Origin: a virus
Lineage: Duplodnaviria > Caudoviricetes
IMG/VR virus record: IMGVR_UViG_3300033067_001382
Location: 1-64,000 of that record
Length of the DNA stretch: 64,000 bases
Direction: 5' to 3' (one strand)
Position 1 is the stretch's first letter, and the number at the start of each line of letters is the position of its first letter. The notes beneath the pieces are model-generated. The model ran no database searches. It had not been told where the DNA came from and was given only the letters and a program-made list of their open reading frames with translations. Position numbers and translations under genes: made by a program. Positions 7,796 to 17,001 of this stretch are shown here, piece after piece.

Positions 7796-8697
7796 CAGAT
7801 GCCACCCTCACCACCAGAACCCCAACGCTTTTTCTTATTCGCCCTCCATTTGCCCTTCGCATCATCGAGTCCAGCCATGTCCATACTAGATCCGGTGACC
7901 GAAGGAGGTGGGTCACTCCGCGGCCGGGCGGGTGGCCGTGATTGAACCATCGGAGTAGTATCAATACCCATAGAGAGGTTACCTTCCTCATCTACTTGTT
8001 CTGACAACAACTCCGCCAGGGCGGCCTTTCGGCCAGCTTCGGTCTCCTTGATGCGGATGATTTCGTAATTGTTATGGGCCAGATACGAGTAAACATCGTC
8101 ACTGTAAGCGAAATGACCCGGAACAAAGGGGTTACCGGGTTCGACGATCAGCCAAGTCGGCACTCGGGCAACTTGCCGAAGCATCAGTGCTTCCTTGAGT
8201 ATCCCGGGCATTGCGATGTTCTTGTACCCAAGATGCCCCAAACGGATAACAAGAAGATGGTAGTTTTCTCCGATAAGATCACCCAGGGAATTGTACGTGG
8301 CGTCGTCATCTCTGTTCTTCTTCGGACGGGAGTTGTACTTCTCGTTGCCCAACCAAACATTCTTGAGCTTCTCGTCCGTGACTATCTTGGAGAAGAACTT
8401 GAGACCCTTCGCGATCAAAGCCCACTTGATGTGGGGAACTATGTCATACCAATTGCCCTGAATGATTAGGTTCTTAGAGGTCTTGTCAACCGCCGGGGGG
8501 TCATTGCGCTTTTCCCCGTCAATGTATAGAGGGCTACCGTCAAGCATCGGAGCGCTAGCGATCTCCGGGCCCAAGTGAGCCACCAAGGCTCTCATGTAGG
8601 AACACTTGCAAAAACGCTCGGTCAATTCATCAACTGAGATGGACCCCGTCCCTTTACAGAGTGGACAGTCTGGTTTCGGGGTGCGCTGTTCCATCAT
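7795..8697 (-). CDS. Degenerate DnaC/DnaI/IstB-like helicase-loader homolog with Zn finger
   Basis: CPLCKGTG...FCKC zinc knuckle; NLIIQG without a GKT; LLVIRLG in place of LLILDDLG; LKEALMLRQVARVPTWLI resembles the II..R....PT++T segment. Coupled to dnaB. Confidence 0.6.
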   Translation of the reverse strand: MMEQRTPKPDCPLCKGTGSISVDELTERFCKCSYMRALVAHLGPEIASAPMLDGSPLYIDGEKRNDPPAVDKTSKNLIIQGNWYDIVPHIKWALIAKGLKFFSKIVTDEKLKNVWLGNEKYNSRPKKNRDDDATYNSLGDLIGENYHLLVIRLGHLGYKNIAMPGILKEALMLRQVARVPTWLIVEPGNPFVPGHFAYSDDVYSYLAHNNYEIIRIKETEAGRKAALAELLSEQVDEEGNLSMGIDTTPMVQSRPPARPRSDPPPSVTGSSMDMAGLDDAKGKWRANKKKRWGSGGEGGI

Positions 8698-10439
8698 TCA
8701 CCATTACCCCGAGCACCATTCAGTACTTGCTGAAAAAGGTCTTTGACTGCGGAATCCTTCGTGAAGGTCAACGCACCCACCGCCGCTTCTCCGATGATTT
8801 TCTCGATGAAATCCTGCTTCTTCTGGAGCAGCTTGAGAACGTGGTCATCGATGGTCTTCTGCTCCTTCCCCTTTCGTGGTCGACGGGCGACCAGGTGGAT
8901 CGCGTAGACGTTCGGGTGCGGTGACCCGATACGAATCGGACGACCAAGGAGCTGCGCGTAGCCTCCGTAGCTGTATGGGGAATTCATAAAAACAAGCGCG
9001 ACAGCCGCTTGAAGGTTGATTGCTTCCGACCCTGCGTCGGTGATAAAGATAACTTGCGTGTCGCTGCTGAGATTCTGGAAGGCATCTTGAGCCAACTTGC
9101 GTTTGGCCTCGTTTTCCTTGCCGGTCACACGGACGCTCTTGATACCTGCCTTCTCCAAGAGCTTCTGCAACCGACCGACATGACTTTCGAACTTTGTATA
9201 GACAATGACTTTCTCGCCTTCGAACTCCTCAGTCAAGAGATCCAGGAGTGCCTGCTCCTTGGCGCTCATCTCCTTGAACTCAAGGTTGACTCCCTCGATG
9301 TGGTTCTCATGGATAACATCGCCTTCCTTGAACTTGAGAAGCGCCAATGAGTCTGCAATCTGCTGACAGTAGATTAGGCTCGTCAGGACCTTGGTCTCCT
9401 CGTAGTCCTTGACCTCGCCGTCACCCATCTCCAAGATACCCTCAAGAGCTTCGCCATACTTCCGGTCTTCGGCGGGTGATAGCTCACAGAGAATTTCTCG
9501 CGTGGTCAACTTGGGAAGCTCGGTGGCGACGGCGTGCTTTGGGCGGCCGTAGAAATACGGATCGATGGTCTGACGGAAAGCTTCTAGGTTCTTGTACCCA
9601 ACGATGATGGGTATTTGCCGACGACTCCCCTTGACCCGCTGCATTTGCGTGTAGCAGTAGTCCTTGATGAACTGGGCCTTGCTGGTGAAAACCGCCGGCT
9701 GGATGACCTTCATGATGTAGAAGCCCTCCTCCAGTTTGTTCTTGAGCAGGGTGGCGGTCAGTCCGTAGCAGCGATGAGAAATGTCCGAAAGAGCCTTACA
9801 CACTTGCCATGTCTTGGTCTGACCGTTCTTGAATGCCGTGCATTCATCGTAGACAGTCACTAGGGACTTGATTTGTCCAAAGATATCCTCTAGAAGGCCA
9901 GGCACTGGCTTGGCTCCCGGTATAGGTTTACCTCGACTGTCAAGTGGAACTGGCTTGAATCCATGTTGCCAGTCTCGAATCAAGGTATGGTAGTTCATCA
10001 CCATGACGATCTTGGGATCGTCCGGGCCCGTAGGGGCCGCGAGGAACTCTCTGTAGGTCTCTTCACGCTGTTCGACCTTCCCCTTGGGAATCAGGACTCG
10101 AATGCCGTTGGTGAAACGCTCGAACTCGGAGCCCCATTGGCGAATGGCCGATTTCGGGCACAAGATGAGGGTCTTGTTGTCTGGCTCGGTCGGGTAGAGG
10201 TAGCAAAGAGCCCCGATTGTCTGACAAGTTTTTCCCAAACCGGTACCATCACCAAGAATCATACGCTTCATCACCAGTAGGTGAAAAATGCCTTGGCACT
10301 GGTAATAGCGGAGCTTGAAAGGTATCTTTGACCCATCTAGTCCCGTAATCTCTTCGCGGAGCATCTTCGTCGGCTTTAGCGACAGAGTCGTACTGGTCCG
10401 AATCGACTTGAGCTGGTCGTAGGCTTTTTTGATATCCAC
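8694..10439 (-). CDS. SNF2-family (SF2) helicase/ATPase
   Basis: LGDGTGLGKT; VYDECTAFKN; GLTATLLKN; KVIVYTKF; DAGSEAINLQAA; QLLGRPIRIG. Confidence 0.93.
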   Translation of the reverse strand: MDIKKAYDQLKSIRTSTTLSLKPTKMLREEITGLDGSKIPFKLRYYQCQGIFHLLVMKRMILGDGTGLGKTCQTIGALCYLYPTEPDNKTLILCPKSAIRQWGSEFERFTNGIRVLIPKGKVEQREETYREFLAAPTGPDDPKIVMVMNYHTLIRDWQHGFKPVPLDSRGKPIPGAKPVPGLLEDIFGQIKSLVTVYDECTAFKNGQTKTWQVCKALSDISHRCYGLTATLLKNKLEEGFYIMKVIQPAVFTSKAQFIKDYCYTQMQRVKGSRRQIPIIVGYKNLEAFRQTIDPYFYGRPKHAVATELPKLTTREILCELSPAEDRKYGEALEGILEMGDGEVKDYEETKVLTSLIYCQQIADSLALLKFKEGDVIHENHIEGVNLEFKEMSAKEQALLDLLTEEFEGEKVIVYTKFESHVGRLQKLLEKAGIKSVRVTGKENEAKRKLAQDAFQNLSSDTQVIFITDAGSEAINLQAAVALVFMNSPYSYGGYAQLLGRPIRIGSPHPNVYAIHLVARRPRKGKEQKTIDDHVLKLLQKKQDFIEKIIGEAAVGALTFTKDSAVKDLFQQVLNGARGNGE

Positions 10440-10448
10440 GGCGTATGC

Positions 10449-10458
10449 CTACACCGAA
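10449..10458 (-). promoter_or_regulatory. TTCGGTGTAG motif at the head of the replication operon
   Basis: Exact copy of the 6294-6303 decamer, about 10 nt before the SNF2 start. Confidence 0.42.
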
Positions 10459-10522
10459 GACAGGGGCTTTCTGGCCGACCCGAAAAGACTTATCGAACCC
10501 CTCGATTGAGTAAGGAAACGCG

Positions 10523-11161
10523 ATGCCCGGTACCAGGGTTCCCAACAGGACAACTGCTACAACGCCAGAAGAGGCACTCTTCGCGCTCGACCAAATCTGG
10601 ACACAGGTTGCGCGCTACAATATCTCGTTGTCCCCACTTGCCGATATGTCGTCACTTGGTATTCTGATTTCCCAATGGGCCGTTGAGACCGACTGGGGAC
10701 TGAAGATGTTGAACCATAACTGGCTCAATGTGCCGAAGGACCCCGAAGACCTACACAACTTCACCACCCGAGTAAGCAAGCAAAACTACAACGGCGCCCT
10801 ACTGACAGTCCGGGATGAAATTCGCTCCTACGACACCTTAGCGGAGGGCGGCCTGGACATGATCCTCTGGCTGGCTAACAACAAGTATACAGCCGCTTGG
10901 GCTTTTGTGGTCGACGGGGACTGTAGAGGGTATCTGAACAAACTAGAAGAACTAGGTTTCTTTGGAATGCGTGCATCACACAACTACAAGTACTCAGTTT
11001 GCCATATCGCAGACCGAATCCGCTGCGAACACCCTACCCGACCAGACCTGCAACTACCAGGGGATTCCGTGGAGGAGCAGGAGCGATTCAACCGTCAAGA
11101 ACGCGACTACCTTCTCAACCTTGTAGCAATGTCTCTTTGGAGTCTTTCGGGAAGGACATGA
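10523..11161 (+). CDS. Divergent GH73/FlgJ-like (glucosaminidase/muramidase fold) peptidoglycan hydrolase
   Basis: ISQWAVETDWG...NHNWLNV resembles AQAALESGWG...NNLFGIK; RSYDTLAEG..D...L...KYTAA resembles Y.S..ES..DY..L...RY..A; AAGGA upstream. Confidence 0.55.
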   Translation: MPGTRVPNRTTATTPEEALFALDQIWTQVARYNISLSPLADMSSLGILISQWAVETDWGLKMLNHNWLNVPKDPEDLHNFTTRVSKQNYNGALLTVRDEIRSYDTLAEGGLDMILWLANNKYTAAWAFVVDGDCRGYLNKLEELGFFGMRASHNYKYSVCHIADRIRCEHPTRPDLQLPGDSVEEQERFNRQERDYLLNLVAMSLWSLSGRT

Positions 11162-11718
11162 TTTCAGTAGACTGCTATCTACTTGCACCTACATTGCTCT
11201 GGGAACGACTGCTTCGTCGTTACAGTGCAGGTTCGGAGAACAACTGCACTGGTCCCTTAGGGTACCATGATGCAGAGGCTTCGTTAAATTGCGAAGAGTT
11301 CGTCGACCAGCCGAATTGGGGACAGTTCTATTTTCGCGATGACTCACGATGGCCCAAAAAATGCAAAGCGTGCGGAAATCCATTCACTTCGGAGGATGAA
11401 TGGCAGGTATTCTTCCGGCGCTTCTACAAGCGTCAGGACACCCTGGAGCTAATAACGCTCGTCGAGGCGACCTATGGGGCAATGTGGCGCAGTTACGATG
11501 CCGAATTGGGCCACGACGTTACGATGATCAAGACACCCCTTGGGGACATCAACCTAGATCGGCGCATGCACTTACTACACGGGGAAGTCGTCGGGGAGGC
11601 ACCAAAATTGACTTGTAGTCGACGAATTGAGGGAATCCGTCCTCATGATGGCGCTTCATTCCGACTATGGGTACGAAACGGGGTTCTGCTCTACGGGCTG
11701 CCTCACTCAATTCCGTGA
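11158..11718 (+). CDS. Hypothetical protein (186 aa) with CxxC
   Basis: Start placed at ATG 11158 by the ATGA overlap with the upstream gene and a GAAGGA RBS; WPKKCKACGNPF motif. Confidence 0.65.
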   Translation: MISVDCYLLAPTLLWERLLRRYSAGSENNCTGPLGYHDAEASLNCEEFVDQPNWGQFYFRDDSRWPKKCKACGNPFTSEDEWQVFFRRFYKRQDTLELITLVEATYGAMWRSYDAELGHDVTMIKTPLGDINLDRRMHLLHGEVVGEAPKLTCSRRIEGIRPHDGASFRLWVRNGVLLYGLPHSIP

Positions 11719-11970
11719 CGTTGAGGTGCGGCGCTTTCGACGCTCAGAAAGCCACCAATCCGTGTTCCGGATGCTAGCGCTGACGATCAGCGGCGTAACG
11801 CTTCCATGTAAAACCAAACGGCCGACAAAGTGTGGCCCAAGATGCTTGCGCTCGATAGATTCGACAAGCATCTGATGATTCCCGTCCTCCCGGAACTCGA
11901 TGATTTTCCCGATAAACCAGGTCGGATGGTAGTAAAGATTTGACCGCCGTCGTGAGTTGGTGGCTTTCAT
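11707..11970 (-). CDS. Hypothetical basic protein (87 aa)
   Basis: ATGA overlap with the upstream gene; overlaps the plus-strand gene convergently by 12 nt. Confidence 0.55.
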   Translation of the reverse strand: MKATNSRRRSNLYYHPTWFIGKIIEFREDGNHQMLVESIERKHLGPHFVGRLVLHGSVTPLIVSASIRNTDWWLSERRKRRTSTSRN

Positions 11971-12368
11971 TGTCCGGGCTTCCACTGGGCACGCTGCTCC
12001 CAGTATTCCTCGCGGTCATCGTAAGTCTCCATCAACTCTTCAATACGATCCTGGAGAGAATCACGCCAGTTCTGTGTGCGCTTGACGATTTCTAGCTTCC
12101 CTTTCATCAAAGGGCGCCCTCCATCCTCATAGAGTCCGATTCGCATCGGGTCTACACCCTTGCCGGCACCTTGGTCGGTGCCCACATGGATGGACGTCCA
12201 TACCAAGATGTGCACATTGTCACTCATCATCAACTTGAAGCAATACTCCCCGTTCCTGGTAATCTTCGTGGGCTTGAGAGCCCGGAAGCCACGCTTCAGG
12301 AATAGTTCAACTTCAGCCATCGTGATCGGAGTAAACCGGGCTCCGGCGGCAACTTTATTCTCTATCAT
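11967..12368 (-). CDS. Hypothetical protein (133 aa)
   Basis: TGATG overlap with the UvrD stop; globular alpha/beta composition (FTPITMAEVELFL...ILVWTSI...DPMRIGLY...VKRTQNWRDSL). Confidence 0.75.
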   Translation of the reverse strand: MIENKVAAGARFTPITMAEVELFLKRGFRALKPTKITRNGEYCFKLMMSDNVHILVWTSIHVGTDQGAGKGVDPMRIGLYEDGGRPLMKGKLEIVKRTQNWRDSLQDRIEELMETYDDREEYWEQRAQWKPGQ

Positions 12369-15300
12369 CACTTCCACTCACTCTTTTGGGCGATGCGTGT
12401 TGCTACACGTTCCGCAAGGTCGACCGCCACTTCGGAGGCCGGGGGTACCGGCGGGAGAATTGACTTAACTGGTTCAATGACTTCCGACGCAACAACGTCG
12501 AAGTCCTGTAAGTACGCGCCGAGGTCATCGGAGAACTCCTCTGATGCGGTCTTGACCACCTCGTGGGTGCCTCCAACACCCACGTTCTCGCCTTCTTTCA
12601 AACCCGCTTCGATGACGAAGGGACTCATACCGGCGGGCTGGTTATTGACCACTTTGGGACAAACCACCGTAAGGTTCTTGATGGCACGCGTCAATGCAAC
12701 ATAACCGAGCCGACGCTCGCTTTCGAGGCGTTCCGCCTCTGCCATCAACGGAATCTCTGGAACGTCATTCTTCTTCGCCTTCTTGGGCTTGAACTCGATG
12801 GGGAAGCGACCCTTCGGCATCAAGGTGGTGACATCCTGCCACTCGGCACCCTTGACGCTATGAACGGTTCCCAAGTAAACACCCGGAGGCTTCTCACGCT
12901 TGTCGAGCGGAAGCGCTCGCTGCTCCTTCTCCCACTTGCTGGGATCGATACGGAGGTCCGTCGCACGAGCCTTGAAGCGGTCGATCTTAATCCGGAAATC
13001 GATTGGCTTGCTGGGATCGAGATCCAATTCAGTCGGGTCGACCTCCATCATCGCATAGAAGAATGCGAGCGCGCCGAGAGGTTCTTCGCCCTCGGTACTG
13101 GAGTCATCCTCTTCTTCGTCTTCATCGGAGACCTTGCTGGCGAGCTGACGGACGATCTTGTCCTTGAGCGTAATGGGCTTGCGCACCATACGACCCTTGT
13201 CATCGAGCACCAACTCCATGCCCTCGATGGAGAGTATGTCGTTCAGGAGATCTTTGGTCGTATACCCATCCTCGGTGACCTTACCTCGAAGTTCTGCCAA
13301 GGTGCTCAGAAGGTCAGTAAGTTGATCCAAGTCCTTCTCAGCTTTCCACTCCTCACCTGGTCGAAGGGTCGCGCCCGTGATGGCCTTGACCAGGTCAAAG
13401 CCGAACTCAGAATCGTTCATCAACGCCACAAGGGGATTGAAGTCCTTCTTGTCAACCCGATTGGCCATGCAGTAGCGGGTGAACACACCTTTGAGAGTGT
13501 TCTCGAACTGGTCAGGGCTCCCCTTGATGAGGAAACGACTGGAGTGGTAAATCACCTTTGCGAAATTATCCTGCATCACTTCGTTGCTGTCCGCCGTGGC
13601 GAAGTCGATGAACGACATAGCCACCTGCGATTCGTAACTGCCAAGGAATGAACTGCTGTTCTTCCGGACGTACGGGATGCCTCGAATGATGCATCCCGTC
13701 TCAAAATCGTGAAGCTCTGCGTTGGTACGTGCCAAGACAGCAAACTCACAAAGCGGGTCGCCAGCCAACATTGCCTTCTTGACACGAGCCCCAAAGCTGA
13801 TAGCCGCGCTGGCGGTATCCTCGGGAGACTCGACCAAGATCGACGCCTTTCCGTACGGTTTCTCAGGGTTGGCCCGAGCCACCATCTTGATTTGGTTCTC
13901 ATTGTGGGCGATGAGCTGGTTAGCACACTCTACAATCTCGGGAAGGCTACGAAAGTTCGTCTCCATGAGACGGTTCTTGAAGCCTTCCTTCTCCTCCAAG
14001 TCCTTGAATTGTTGAGGGTCCGATCCGCGGAACTGGTAGATCGACTGCTTGTCGTCGCCGACCATCCAGAAACTACGGTCGGTATCGTCAGTGCTGATGT
14101 GTTGAGACATCATCTTGAACACCTCGAACTGGACTGGGTTCAGGTCTTGGCACTCATCGACCATGATGTGCTTGAATGTGCCCTGGAGCGTCTTCCGAGC
14201 CCCTTCGTTACGGCGAAGGATGTTGCGGAAGACAATCAGCATATCGCTGAAATCCGCCACCCGACTCTTGCCGAACTTGACTTCCTTGACAAACTTGTCA
14301 TAGGCGCGAGGCGCTTCTTTGCAAAGACGAGGACGCCAGTTGGGTCCGAGTGCTCCCTTGAAACCTTCATAAAGCTCGTAAAACATGACCGCCTGGATCC
14401 ACTCTGGAGGCGGGGCTCCTTGTGACTTGGCCCAGACTTGAGCTTCTTTGAGTGACCAACCTTGACCTTGGAACTTATTCAAGTAGGCCTTCATCCGACG
14501 AAGCTTGGGAGGCATCTTCCAGAGATCCTTGTCGGCTACCTCAGCACCATCAGGGGGAGGCGGGAAGCATTCCTTCCAGGCGCGCATGACTGCACCCATG
14601 ATACGCGCATCACTTGTCAACCCGCCACCCTGAACTTTCTCCTTGGGGTTTCGAGGGTTCGGGATCGAAACACTCCGGAACATCTCCTTCTCGAATGACT
14701 CACCAAACTCGTTGATGAATCGAAGGAACGTCCCGTGCATCGTTCCGATGGTCATCGCCTGCGCGGCCGTGTTGCCGATCGCCTTTGCGATCTTCTCACG
14801 CAATTCGTCGGCGGCCTTCTTGTTGAAGCTGGTCGCCATGATACTCTCAGGGGCAACCTTGCGATTCTCCAAAAGGTAGCGTACCCGGGCCACCAAGGCG
14901 GTGGTTTTTCCTGACCCAGCACCAGCGGCCACACGGACCTTGCCATCTGACAAGATAGCGGCTCGCTTTTCTTCCGCGAGTCCCTGCAAAGCACGAGGCA
15001 AGTTACTTTCAAGACTCGGGTCCGACATCGCAGCAACGGCGGCGGCCGTCGCAATGCCGATAACCTCGGACTTGCTCGGCGGGTCATCACTCAGCTTCGC
15101 GGTTTGGAGCGTCTTTCGGGCAGTCTCTTCAGCTTCACTCTGCACTCTTGCCAGAATGGCATCTTGCCTCTGACCAGCATTAGCTCCATCAATCGAAGTT
15201 ACTGAGCCGCCACTCTGAACAACCTTTTCCTTGAGAAGCTCCTTGACATCGTCCGAAACACCAGCTTGGGTGGCGGCCGTCAAGGCAGTGGGTGGTGTTC

Positions 15301-15853
15301 CGGATCCGGCCGATTCGGCGGCGCGATCGATCCAGTTACGCAACCTGACGTTCTTCATCTGGATGACGGCGAACTTGTCAAGGGCGGCGTCGGCATCATC
15401 GATCATCGCAGCGGCGATGGCGGCGCGGACGTTGAGCAGGGCCTTGTTGGTCTCGAACACCGCACGCATGGTGGGCGACCCACCTCGGCTGAGCAGGAGT
15501 CGGAACTGGAGAGCGCGACGTGGCGCTCCCTTGGCGTTGGATGGAATCCGAAGAGCCTTGGCCAACATCTTCCGATGAGTGTCGGAAGGCAAGTTAGTCT
15601 TGAGAAACGCTTCGATGGCATCGATGTGGAGGCGGTCAGCTAAGCGCAGAAGCTGGATGCCATCCGTCGTCACGTCATCAAGCTTGTCTTCTCCGACGGT
15701 TTCCGCCAGGTAGCGCATGTAAGTATCCAGCGCCAAGAGGAAAACGATGTACTCAGAGATTTGCAGCTCTCCGAAGTTTTTTTCTTCGGTGAGGGCTGGT
15801 TCAGATTGCGCCGGAGGATCGGTGGCGACGGGTGCTCGGAAGTAGTCTGACAT
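12368..15853 (-). CDS. uvrD: UvrD/PcrA/Rep-family (SF1A) helicase with long N- and C-terminal extensions
   Basis: VAAGAGSGKTT; SFNKKAA; DECQDLN; VGDDKQSIYQFRGS; NFRS; VLARTN; TVHSVKGAEW; ERRLGYVALTRA. Confidence 0.95.
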   Translation of the reverse strand: MSDYFRAPVATDPPAQSEPALTEEKNFGELQISEYIVFLLALDTYMRYLAETVGEDKLDDVTTDGIQLLRLADRLHIDAIEAFLKTNLPSDTHRKMLAKALRIPSNAKGAPRRALQFRLLLSRGGSPTMRAVFETNKALLNVRAAIAAAMIDDADAALDKFAVIQMKNVRLRNWIDRAAESAGSGTPPTALTAATQAGVSDDVKELLKEKVVQSGGSVTSIDGANAGQRQDAILARVQSEAEETARKTLQTAKLSDDPPSKSEVIGIATAAAVAAMSDPSLESNLPRALQGLAEEKRAAILSDGKVRVAAGAGSGKTTALVARVRYLLENRKVAPESIMATSFNKKAADELREKIAKAIGNTAAQAMTIGTMHGTFLRFINEFGESFEKEMFRSVSIPNPRNPKEKVQGGGLTSDARIMGAVMRAWKECFPPPPDGAEVADKDLWKMPPKLRRMKAYLNKFQGQGWSLKEAQVWAKSQGAPPPEWIQAVMFYELYEGFKGALGPNWRPRLCKEAPRAYDKFVKEVKFGKSRVADFSDMLIVFRNILRRNEGARKTLQGTFKHIMVDECQDLNPVQFEVFKMMSQHISTDDTDRSFWMVGDDKQSIYQFRGSDPQQFKDLEEKEGFKNRLMETNFRSLPEIVECANQLIAHNENQIKMVARANPEKPYGKASILVESPEDTASAAISFGARVKKAMLAGDPLCEFAVLARTNAELHDFETGCIIRGIPYVRKNSSSFLGSYESQVAMSFIDFATADSNEVMQDNFAKVIYHSSRFLIKGSPDQFENTLKGVFTRYCMANRVDKKDFNPLVALMNDSEFGFDLVKAITGATLRPGEEWKAEKDLDQLTDLLSTLAELRGKVTEDGYTTKDLLNDILSIEGMELVLDDKGRMVRKPITLKDKIVRQLASKVSDEDEEEDDSSTEGEEPLGALAFFYAMMEVDPTELDLDPSKPIDFRIKIDRFKARATDLRIDPSKWEKEQRALPLDKREKPPGVYLGTVHSVKGAEWQDVTTLMPKGRFPIEFKPKKAKKNDVPEIPLMAEAERLESERRLGYVALTRAIKNLTVVCPKVVNNQPAGMSPFVIEAGLKEGENVGVGGTHEVVKTASEEFSDDLGAYLQDFDVVASEVIEPVKSILPPVPPASEVAVDLAERVATRIAQKSEWK

Positions 15854-15865
15854 CAGCTTACCTTG

Positions 15866-16465
15866 TCAAAAAGAGAAATAGAGGCCCACAGAGGGGTTGT
15901 GCCGCCACGAACCCCAGGTGAGTCCGTAGCCTGCAAAGGCTCCGAAGTTTTTGGTGAGATCGGCGCCCACTGAGACACCGACAGAACGAACTCCGAAGGA
16001 GGCGTTCAAGTTGAACTGCTTAAAGTAGGCAAGGTCAGCCATGAAGGCAACATCCACGCCATCTGTCACTTTGGGTTGCTGGGCGGCATCCAACACGAGA
16101 AGACTCGCACCGAACTTGGGTCGGAAACGAAAACCCCACTCGCGATCAATGTGCTGTGCAGCCACCAACGAGACCTTGCCGGTTCCGTCAAGAGTGTAGT
16201 TGCACCACTCCATGTGGAATTTGTACGGAAGAGGTTCCGCACCTGAGGTATAAATGCGGCCATCCTTGTCCACCGCGATCGTCACCGAATCAAGTTGAAG
16301 CCTTGGAGATGTCTCTTGACGGCACTTCTGATCCCGAGCTAATTGGACAAAGGTCTTTAGGTCTGTCTCCGCAACACAAACTCCCTCGTTGCACTGTTGC
16401 GCGGCGACGCTCGGAGTAAAGAGGGTTGTGAACAAGAGGGCCAGGAGGCAGAGAAACTTCTTCAT
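15866..16465 (-). CDS. Secreted protein with a C-terminal amphipathic beta-strand array (putative outer-membrane protein)
   Basis: Signal peptide MKKFLCLLALLFTTLFTPSVAA; alternating-hydrophobic strands (FNLNASFGV, SVGVSVGADL, FGAFAGYGLTW); ends GLYFSF. Confidence 0.7.
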   Translation of the reverse strand: MKKFLCLLALLFTTLFTPSVAAQQCNEGVCVAETDLKTFVQLARDQKCRQETSPRLQLDSVTIAVDKDGRIYTSGAEPLPYKFHMEWCNYTLDGTGKVSLVAAQHIDREWGFRFRPKFGASLLVLDAAQQPKVTDGVDVAFMADLAYFKQFNLNASFGVRSVGVSVGADLTKNFGAFAGYGLTWGSWRHNPSVGLYFSF

Positions 16466-17001
16466 AGGTTTCCATATTTAGCGAGCAAATCATCGATCTT
16501 CTTCGCGTCGATACCAGAGCTATCCTTGACTGTGATGGCATGGATGCCAGGAGACACTATGACGACTTTGTCGACGTCCTTGCTAGTAACACCGTCCGGC
16601 AGAACAATTTGGATTGGCTTGTCCGCGTTCGGCGGAGTGAATGTCACTACGCTGGGGTCAGAGAAAAGCCCAGGCTGGTTGATCGGTACCACCTGAACTT
16701 GGGTGTTACCTTGACTGTCCGGTTGATTGATCGGAATGACTTGGCCATTCTTGTCGATACGATTCGAATCAATTGAATTGATGATATCGATGTTCTTCTT
16801 GAGATCGTCGGTCGTGCGTCCAAAAAGTTTGCCAAGGAGTCCTCCGATTTGCAACTCCTTGAACCCCATCGAGACAAGCACGACAGCAACAACGATAATG
16901 ACAATAGCCACCACCGGAGCGAGCAAGTTCTTGCCCGCCCATCGAAGGACTGTCATGATACGGTCCCCGACTTCTTGCCAGAAAGTCTTGACGTCACTCA
17001 C
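16462..17001 (-). CDS. Single-pass membrane protein
   Basis: One transmembrane helix (LLAPVVAIVIIVVAVVLVSMGF); GTGA/ATGA overlaps with both neighbours. Confidence 0.75.
   Translation of the reverse strand: MSDVKTFWQEVGDRIMTVLRWAGKNLLAPVVAIVIIVVAVVLVSMGFKELQIGGLLGKLFGRTTDDLKKNIDIINSIDSNRIDKNGQVIPINQPDSQGNTQVQVVPINQPGLFSDPSVVTFTPPNADKPIQIVLPDGVTSKDVDKVVIVSPGIHAITVKDSSGIDAKKIDDLLAKYGNL

Noticed and set aside
10249-10545. 98-aa minus-strand ORF across the divergent junction
   Set aside because: It overlaps both the SNF2 start and the GH73-like start and has no supporting features.
12563-13651. 362-aa plus-strand ORF, and other long plus-strand ORFs such as 13709-14425, 50913-51785, 49338-49976 and 18474-19145
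   Set aside because: Antisense shadows of well-supported minus-strand genes, with no RBS or recognisable motifs; expected from codon bias in GC-rich DNA.
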